Source: the human T2T-CHM13v2.0 reference genome, Homo sapiens
Reading direction: 5' to 3'
Assembly: GCA_009914755.4 (NCBI GenBank)
Contig: CP086569.2
Location: forward strand, 5,888,001 to 5,952,000
DNA length: 64,000 nucleotides
Numbering within the stretch: position 1 is the first letter of the stretch; each line of letters begins with the position of its first letter. The notes under the pieces are model-generated. The model saw only the letters and a program-made list of their open reading frames with translations, was not told where the DNA came from and made no database searches. Below are positions 50,111-64,000 of the stretch, in pieces. Made by a program: the position numbers and the translations under genes.

Positions 50111-51088
50111 TTCAAATTTGTAGGATGAAGTGTTAATCATATTTCCTTATTAGCTTCTTAATCTATACTGTATCTATAGTTATGTATCTTTTAAATTCTT
50201 AGTTTTATTTGTGCTTTCTCCCTTTTTATCTAAACTTGCCTGAGGTTTGTACCATTTACTATATTTCTCCAACAACCAAAAGTTAGCTTTGTATGTTTTA
50301 CTAATTTTCCCTGCATCATTATCCCCTCACTTTAGTTTTTCAGAATTGATGCTGCTGTTTCTTTTCTAATACTTTATTTAAATATCTAGTACATTAATTT
50401 TCAAGTTGTCATAGAAACATTTGTCTATAAACTCCTATTGTAATATCACTTTTCCTGCTATTCACAAATTTAATCTGTAATAATTTCAGTATCATTAAGT
50501 TCTCAGTACGCTTAAATTTCTATTATGATAACCATGAATTGCTGAGAAATAGTGGTTATAATTTTGTTGCTCAATTTCCACTTAATTTTATTTTAACTTG
50601 TGCTAATTCAATTGAAAATTCTTTACTAATTTTTTTAAATCTCATATCAAGACTTTTATTCACATGAATTGTTCTATAAATGCTCCCACCTTGAAGAACA
50701 CTCTCTTGTAGGCTGCTGCAACAGTCTGACTGGTTGCCCTCTAGGCCTCATTCAATTGTCTCATCCTAGGAATTTCATTCATTACCCTTTTACGAATTTA
50801 TCTCTCTCTTTTGTTCTGTCTCTTATTTTCTGCATTTCACATATTTGTCTGTCTTGGTTTACTTCTTCCTTTTGGTAGGAAAAAAATCTCTAGCAGTTTC
50901 CTGAGAAAAGCTTCACAGGGAGACAAAATTTTACAGTTGTCATATGTCTGAAAAATGTATGTTTTCTACTTGTATATTTGATTTTAGTCTATGTGGAAAC
51001 AAAAACATATGTCAGAAATTATTTTCTTTTAGAATTTTTAAAGCATAACTGTAATCCATTGCCTTCAGGTTTATAGTGATGGTGTTGA

Positions 51089-51410
<322 letters not shown>

Positions 51411-52085
51411 AATGTTGACAATTTTTAAATCATCTGATTCCTCATCCTTTGTACCTGACCTATTTTTACCTCTCTGGAAACTTATGCAATTTTCTCTTTG
51501 TTCTCAGTGTTCTCAAATTTTACATTGATATATCTTGACATGAGTCTATTTTCATCTATTTTGCTAGGTGTTCACCTTTTAATCTATAAATAAGCATCCT
51601 GAAGTTCTGAGACTTTTTAATTATTTTGCCAACAATTTATTCCCCTGTGTTTTACTTATTTATTTTATTTCTATAACTCATATAATTAAAATAATTGGAA
51701 GAAATTATATTGGAGAAGAAGATAGCACCACACTGATTGTGTTTGTGTCAGACTATCACAGCTCAAGGTTGTCATATTTTATTAAGGAGAAATGTTGTAT
51801 TTCTTGGTATTCACATTGTAACCTGAAGAAGGGCAATGACTGTCAAAAATTTAAATGTATGGGTAATAGTTAGAAGATGCAAGCACTGTATCCTCCAGAA
51901 TTTTAGCATATGCAAACCTTTAAATTCCAGGCAAGTTGACTTAAGCTTCAACATTCTGCCAGCTAAAATGAATCCATTTGTGCTAATTTCTGTGATCAAA
52001 GGTGAATAAGACATTGTTCCTGCCTTCAGTGATAGCTCAGTCCAAAGGGAGACAAGTAGAAATGGTATAAAACGAGCGATACTAG

Positions 52086-52400
52086 TCTGCATGTAGTGGC
52101 TCACGCCTATAACCCCAGCACTTTGGGAGGGCAAGGCGGGAGGGTCATGAGGTCAGGAGATTGGGGCAATCCTGGCTAACATGGTAAAACCCCATCTCTA
52201 CAAAAAATTAGCCAGGCATGGTGGGAGTACTTGGGAGAATACTTGGGAGCCTCCCAGCTACCAGGGAGGCTGAGGCAGGAGAACTGCTTGAACTCAGGAG
52301 GCAGAGTTTGCAGTGAGCCAAGAACACGCCACTGCACTCTGGCCTAGGCAAAAGAACAAGACTCTGTCTCAAAAAAAAAAAAAAAAACAAACAAAAAAAA
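52086..52400 (+). mobile_element. Alu
   Basis: Reads tctgcatgtagtggctcacgcctataaccccagcactttgggagggcaaggcgggagggtcatgaggtcaggagattgg...gtttgcagtgagccaagaacacgccactgcactctggcctaggc...ctgtctcaaaaaaaaaa. Confidence 0.9.
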
Positions 52401-52871
52401 GGAGAGTAATATGTAAAGTGTGCTATAAAAACTGAGAAAAGGGACAGAATATCTGTGACAGATAACTTGTTTCGGGCAGTGGGAAATGAGGAGGTCTGTG
52501 TATGCCTTCACTGTGTCACATTTGATTACAGGCAGAAATAAATGAATCTTAATATTTATGGGGTCACAGACCCTTTTTAAAAATGATGAAATTTATGATA
52601 ATTCTTTCAATAAACATTTATAGAACATACATATATATTTTGCTTACTAACTCAGAATGTGCATCAAGAGCTCTGGATATAGGAGAATGAGTAGAAATAT
52701 TTTAGGCAGAAAAGAAGGGAAGGGGAGTCCAAACAGAGGAAACAGCCTGTGTCAGAGCCTGGAGACAAAAAAGCTTGTGCATTATTGGAATCAAGGTGAC
52801 TATAAGATAATTCAGGGTGACTGGAGCATAGCTGGAAGATGAACCAGTCATGGTATAAGATGAAAACAGAA

Positions 52872-53350
<479 letters not shown>

Positions 53351-53507
53351 AAATAGAACATAAGTAGATATCCAGAGATAAGGCATGAAGTATCTCAAAT
53401 ATCAGTCATGCACTTTGTTTACTCAGAGACAACACCAGGATTGATTAAAATTATGCACATCATGTCAACCCTCTTCTAAATGTTAACAAATATAACTGGA
53501 ACAGTTA

Positions 53508-53539
<32 letters not shown>

Positions 53540-53719
53540 TACGTGTGTGTGTGAGAGAGATGGAGTTTCACTCATATATATATACATACACACATATATG
53601 TATATATGTGTGTGTATACATAAATGTATATATGTGGGTGTGTGTGTATATATATATATGAAAGAGTGAAACTCCATCGCTCATACACACACACACAGAC
53701 ACACACACATACATATATG
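53508..53719. repeat. Compound (CA)n/(TA)n/(GT)n microsatellite with embedded inverted 15-mers
   Basis: Reads atatatacacacacacacacacacacacatacgtgtgtgtgtgagagagatggagtttcactcatatatatat...tgtgtgtatatatatatatgaaagagtgaaactccatcgctcatacacacacacacagacacacacac. Confidence 0.9.
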
Positions 53720-56700
53720 CTTGGCCACTTTAATTCCTCTATAATGGAATTCTGAGCAGCATGCTTGAGGGTAAATATCAGGACCTGCAGGCAGTCAGCC
53801 TGTGCTAGAAATACTCAGTGTGTTTTTTCACATTATACACTTTCATCTTCTGAGTGTACTGCCTGAGGCTATTGTTCTCTTCATATCTTGCAGATCTTTC
53901 TGGGGAAAAGGCAACATGCATCAACAGGTTTTTTGCTAAGGGTCTTCTAATTAATTGGAGGACTTTTCAGTTGAAAAATATCTAAGGACAAGATTTTTTC
54001 TCTTTTGGCTCAGGAAACTGCAGGCATCAGTTGCACACCAATATTTAACTGTAACACAGCTATTAAGTCATATCCATTGCCTTAAACAAAATGTACAGAA
54101 TTCAGTATTTTTAGTTACACCAAACACTATATAGGGTTTGCAGTTAATCATTTTTATATTCTATATTCTCTTTGATATTGAACATAGAACTTCAAGAAGA
54201 GGGTCACACAATGATTTATTCAGCAAATATTTATAGAGTTGTGTGTATCAAAAACTGTGGTAAGTGCTGAGATTAGAAAACATACCATGTATCTGCTTTC
54301 AACATGTTCTCATTCTATTAAATGTTGTAATAACACAACATTGAGTCCTAAAAGTGTCAAAAGAGAAGTACACACAAAAAAAGAGCTAGGCAAATACATT
54401 ATGACAACTTAGAGCTGGTGTCAGTTAAAGACAGATCTTCAAGGAGCATAAATGCCAGGAAAGAAAGTTTAGAACAAACTGTCTACATAAAGGCAAGTTT
54501 TTTTTGTTATTGTTTTTTCATAGGAAAATAAGATCTGAGTTTCACGAAGGTTATAAGACTAACTGCAATATATAGGATGGGTTGAAGATCAGCAAGAGAA
54601 ACAGAAGGTGAGTTATGAGTTTTATTAAGTGGTTCAACTAATAGCTGATGGTGGCCTGGGCAAGGAAAGTGGAAGAAAGGACTGGAAGAAAGAGGCAGAT
54701 GCAAGAATCATTGCAAAGATAAAATGCAAAAGTCTTGGAATGAGTTTTCAAGTTGAGGCTAGTAAAAAATATTGTGGGATTCTTGGCATTCATCTATCCA
54801 TCAAATTATTCAATGAATCTTTATTAAGATTCAAGATTATTATTGATCTTCATTATTATTTGAGATTATTAAATTTATTATTCACTGAATAATAAATATT
54901 CAATGAATATTTAATACTATGCAACAAGCACTGTGCTGGGTTCTGGAGGTACAGCAATGAATATGGGGTTAATGGTCCCTGACTTCTTTAAGCTTTATGT
55001 ACAGGGAGAGACAGATAATAAATAAAAGTCACAAGCAATTGTAAATGCTGTGAAGGAAACTTTGGGATGCTGAAAGAGAGTAACAGACGGTAGTGATGGT
55101 TGGTATAACAGACAGAACTATTGGATTTTGGGAACTAAGTGAAGCTTTCTCCAAGGAATTCCTATTTGATATATCAGAAAGAGCAACCATTGCAAAAGAG
55201 TGAGAAAACAGCTGCCAACTCTCTAGAATAGGACAATTTTGGCATAGTTCTGTGTTTGAAGAAAAGAGAGTTGCTAATGTGCAGAATAATGCTGAGAATT
55301 TGAGTAAGAGGAAAATGGTAAAGTAACCAGTGGTTTTAATAATACAGATGGGAATGCTGTCCTTGATAAAAGTAGTTCCAGTGGAATGAGACCAAAACCA
55401 AATTGAACTGAACTGAAAAGCCAGTGGGAAGAAATGAGAGAAGTGGGTACAGCATGCTTAGTGGAGAAAAGTAATGAAGGGGTAGGCGGCAGGGGCTTAA
55501 ACAATGGGAAAAATTCTAATTTATAAAAGCAATATAAGAATTTAGATCACAGTTGTATATGTATACTGAGCTGGTAGAGATAGAGGGATTAACGTACATG
55601 AGAAAATAAAATTGAGAGCAGTGGATTTTTGTTTCTAGCACCTACAGTGCACTCTCACCTTGCCTGTGAGTTGGATAAATGGCTGAAAGCTGATTCTTTT
55701 TCAAAGTTGATTTCAATTTGGGAAAGAAGGGAGTAGGGAACAAAATGACATTGTAAACTGGATAGCAAAATAAGGATATTGAGTACATAGAGGAAGAGCT
55801 CAGGCACAAGAAGATCTTGTTCCTCAAACCACATGCTGCCTACTTTCTCATCTAGCTTCACATTAGCCCTACTCCAATTTCCAAAAGAACAATGATTGTT
55901 TCATTTAATCTAACCAAGAGCATTTTACACATCCTACCATATACATCTGTCATCTCAAAGAGGAAAGAGTATTTTAAGACTACAAATAAAAATAATGTAA
56001 TATTAAATTAAAATCAAGTAACAAATCTAGCTTCATTGAAAATCTGTCTATAATGATATCTTATTTTTTTTAAATTCTGCCGTGGAGTAGTGAAAATATT
56101 ATCCCAGTCTTGTGTCTGTCTGGAAATCAGTATTGGGAAATCACTAGAGTGATTGCTTTATGAAATCACTTCCTATTCAAATTCTATAATTCAGTTAATA
56201 ATTACAAAACATATCATATTTGAAGTAAAATAATTTCCTTTTTTATCTTCCATTCAAATATATCACAAATAACTCTTTCTTTCCAAGTCATCTTTGCAGT
56301 TCTTTCACCTATATAGGGATCTAAAGCAACACTTTGACACTCTCATCCATTTCAAAAGTCTCGTCTCCCAACTTTTCAGAGCCCACAGCATTTACAATAA
56401 ACATATCTCTCTGCACAGAAGATAATAGCTGGTTCTACGTTATCTGTCAGCCTAAATGTTGATTAAGACCTCAGTAATCACACTCCACCCTGCACAGATC
56501 TAAAATCACAAAATGCAGATTAATTCATGAGAACAGAAGGAAAGAATTGAAAGAAAAATGCTGTCTTGCTCAAAGAAAGGAAAACACAAAAGAAGTCCCA
56601 CTGCCTGCCTCATTTGGATATTTTTATTTTTAAAGTGTTCAAGCATCCTAGTATTTTTTTCATCACCCTTAAAGAGACAATTAAATATTGCATCAAATAG

Positions 56701-58662
56701 GATATTTAAAAAGATGACATGTTATAACAGGGGGACTCTAAACATGAGAATTATCACTGGCTCACTGAGACCTCTGATCTGCAGGCATATGATTGACGAC
56801 GCCTTTCTAATTCCAATAGCATGGGCCTGCAGCAAATTTTATTTTACTGCAAGGTCTACTTTATTGAATTCACTGCCTGTCCTAATTCTATATATTTTTG
56901 ATTAGTGGACCTTCAAAACTGATGTTAGTAAAAGGAAATTGTTTTCTGACATGCTAACATTTTAAAGCTAATCATTTTTTTTTAAATAAGCAGTTGAGTT
57001 TGCAGCATTCTGCTCCTGTTATGTTTTATTAGTGTTTGTACTTTAATTTGGTATGTTTGTTTTGGCATCACTCCAGCAGTAGGTCCAATTATAAAAATAG
57101 AAACAATTAGATTCACTGTGGTGACTGATATAAGCATTCCAAGCTTAGCTTTTAAAACAAAATGGTAGACTTGGCTCTTTCCAGAGTCCTGCAAATAAAA
57201 TGTATTGATTCTGTAGGGTTTTCTCTACTGTAGCTTTTTGAAATTTTGTCCCCACTCTTCACATGTCCAAATCCACAATCCCCTAAACAGCTTTTATTGA
57301 AAACCACAACCTCATCTCCTCCTTTTTTGAAGCAATTAAGTCCATCTAACTGGAGAGCCCAAGTACAGTTTATTTTCCTCTTTAAAATCTCTCTCCAGTG
57401 CTTTCTACACTATTGTCAAGTAATAGGGCCTTAATAAATCTTTATTAAATGACAGGTTGAATGAACTTGTCCTCTCTTCTCTTTTCTCTGACTTGCAGTA
57501 AAAGAAATTTCATTTTTCCAAGACTAACCTTTGTCAGTGATGTAGAATTTATCTGATTCTTTCCACTCAGGCCTTCTTCAAGACCTTGATTCATCATGTA
57601 TTTCTTCTAAGTCTAACTGTCTTTGGTATTCATTTCTTCATTGGCCACTGTGTGGCTTCCTAATAACACAGACAAATTTCTCAGTTTTGTGAAAGGCCTA
57701 AAGGGAATGGTGATTTGGACAAGGTATCTGCATTGGAATACTAGTTTGGTAGGCAATATGCTGTTGCTTTATATCTGTGTGGTGGAAATAAAACCATACA
57801 CTTGTGTGCTTTCCATATCTGAGTTTTATCTTAAAATAAAAAGGCAAAAATAAAAACAAGCAAAAAAAGAAACACATCGAGGACAAGAGGTTCCTTAAGG
57901 CTGATACAACTTAACATAGAGACCAGACCTGAAGAATCTCTTAGAAGAAAACAACAGGCCTCAGAAGTGACTTCAACCTTACTTGATTCGCAAACATAAG
58001 CAAAACTTAACTTCAGCTCTTTCTTGTAAATGTTTATATCTAAAAAAAAGAATGTAAACTCAACCAATTAGAAGCAGTTAACAAACTTATATGATTAGGA
58101 CTTCCCGATGGGACTGATCAAATGAGGCAACTGTGTAATTGTAACCAATCAAATACCATCTGCTTTAGTTCTGTGTGTGTTTTATAAAATTCTCCCCATT
58201 GTTTTCCCTTGATGGAGCTCCTGAATGGCTTCTACTTTGGAGCTGCACAATTCATGGAATATTTCTTGCTCAAACTCTTTAAAAATGTGCCTCAGTTTAC
58301 CTTTTAAGATTAGAAATGTAAGGCATTGGCTTCACAAGGTGAACAATTTCTAAAGGCTAAATAGTAACTCCTCTTCTAAGTCAAGCAATTTTCAATGCTT
58401 GTTTCAACAAAATTGAATGACTTGCAGTTGTCATGTATATAGTTTTCGGTATTTAATACATGAAGAATTCAAAGAATTGAGTGAAATTGCTTTAAAAATT
58501 CATTCTTCCATTCCTATATACATATTCACGGGAACAAAGTCTCTTTTTGACACTTCCATCCATAGAGAGAAAAAAGTAAAAATTGAATTAATAATGAATG
58601 CTGTCTCACTCTGGCATTTAGCAATAGTTTTCTAGTCTACAAGAGAGAATGAGAGTAAATGA

Positions 58663-59026
<364 letters not shown>

Positions 59027-60324
59027 AAGAAATGTATTTTAATCAATATTAACATTGTATGTTTAACAAGTATTTTCCAAAAAAATTTAACATACTCTTT
59101 TCAATGAATTGTATGCTCTATTAATTGAAACCTGCAAGTATGTTTTTCAAAACAATAAGGGTAGTTTTTTTTTTATTGTTGCATTTCACATGGTTTTTTT
59201 TGCGTCCTTCTTTGTACTTTTTGTATTTTCAAATCTTACAGTAGGCTCATTTTTCACTGAATAAAGCAATAAGCTATTAAAGTTATTAAAAAATACTTTC
59301 CCTTGAAAACACCTCCCTAAAGCTATTAATCTTTTTTCTTGTTTGCTTATCTCCTTTTCATCATTATTCACTCATTTCATTTTCCAAAAGAATCCTGCCC
59401 CTACTACTCCACTGAAAATATACTCTTCAAGGTCAACCTTACCATTACAAAATCTTCTGTCTTTACTTTCTTTGACAGCTCTCCACAACATTCAGTATAG
59501 TCAACTTGACTGAGCCTTGCAAAATGTGTCCCTTGGCTATTCACTCCCTTGTTTTCTTTCCCTTTCTGCTCGCATCTTTGATTGGCTTTATTATGTCATC
59601 TGCTAGTTGTAAAATGTAAACCCAAGCCTAAATATTTAGGATACCACTAGCTATGTGTCTCCAGGTCAGTATGTCATGGTTGAATGACTTTCCAGCCTGC
59701 GTTCACCATTCAGAGTGTTCCCTGACCTTCAGTCATAGTTCTGTAACTTCCATTTTCAATGGAATATCTTGACACCACCTTAAACTCAACATGTCTAAAA
59801 CCACATCTGTTGCTCCAAGTCAGTTTTCCCTCTAGACCATACTTGTTCTGCCACAAAACTAGATCACAACTTCCTTGCTTTTGCAATAGCCTTTGGGAAA
59901 ATACAAGAAAAAGTCACAAAGTGATCTTAAGCTACAGTACTAAGATGAAAACAGAACACACAGAAAGTCTGAATACAAGATTATTTATTTTTCGATCTGA
60001 TTTCATAGAAGAAATTAGACCAATATATTATTATGTTAGTTTAAGCATGGCCATAAAAGTAAATTTGGCTTCAAATTTGGAGTCAGTCAGTCTCTAGAGA
60101 GAAATGTGTTCATTACCAGGATTAGCAGCATTTTATCCTCCAAGTCATTTGGGTCACAAATCATGGGGAGGTACAATTCTCTGTTTTATAAACCTCATAT
60201 TCAGTCTTTTGCCTACTCTTTCAAGTATTTTTGAATGCCTTTTGCTGTTTGTTACGTTTGCACTTCCACGAAATACCTAATTCAGGACATGTTCACTTAC
60301 ATTAAGATGTTACAACACTCAAAC

Positions 60325-64000
<3,676 letters not shown>

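Overview
This window is primate genomic DNA, from a catarrhine and most likely human. The evidence is AluY/AluS/AluJ elements, L1PA-type and older L1s, THE1/MST-type MaLR LTRs, MIRs and a gammaretrovirus-like ERV. It is not prokaryotic: I saw no operons, CRISPR arrays, tRNA genes or rRNA genes. By eye, about half of the window is interspersed repeat, and I found no intact protein-coding gene.

Two relic gene families are the main content.

1. TSPY-family (NAP-domain) copies, three in total:
- Copy P (38255-40808, +) is a near-canonical six-exon TSPY pseudogene.
- Copy A (34384-37446, -) is a much more diverged six-exon copy. It lies head-to-head with P across a roughly 0.8 kb CpG-rich spacer.
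- Copy B (44592-46025, -) is a 5'-truncated copy of the A type, about 10.2 kb downstream of A in direct orientation.

2. Two tandem trypsin-like (S1 family) serine-protease pseudogene copies on the + strand:
- Copy U is at about 26800-28246 and copy D at 30084 to about 32960.
- The His motif AAHC survives in D. The Asp and Ser catalytic positions are substituted.
- Stops, frameshifts and broken splice donors are present in both copies.

The rest is nested transposon sequence:
- A roughly 6.2 kb L1 carrying a full MaLR and an Alu insertion with visible target-site duplications.
- An ERV1 provirus remnant split by L1 fragments.
- An L1PA with a roughly 1.6 kb ORF2 deletion and an AluY fragment.
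- About 15 Alus, plus microsatellites.

The architecture (multi-copy TSPY, inverted and direct duplications) looks Y-chromosome-like, but I cannot confirm the locus without a search. I do not see a convincing undescribed functional system. The most interesting items are the old TSPY-like A/B lineage arranged as an inverted pair with P, and the protease-like pseudogene pair.

Limits: everything was read by eye. Repeat boundaries are accurate to about 10-50 bp. Percent identities are rough hand estimates. Comparison to human TSPY1 relies on my memory of that protein.
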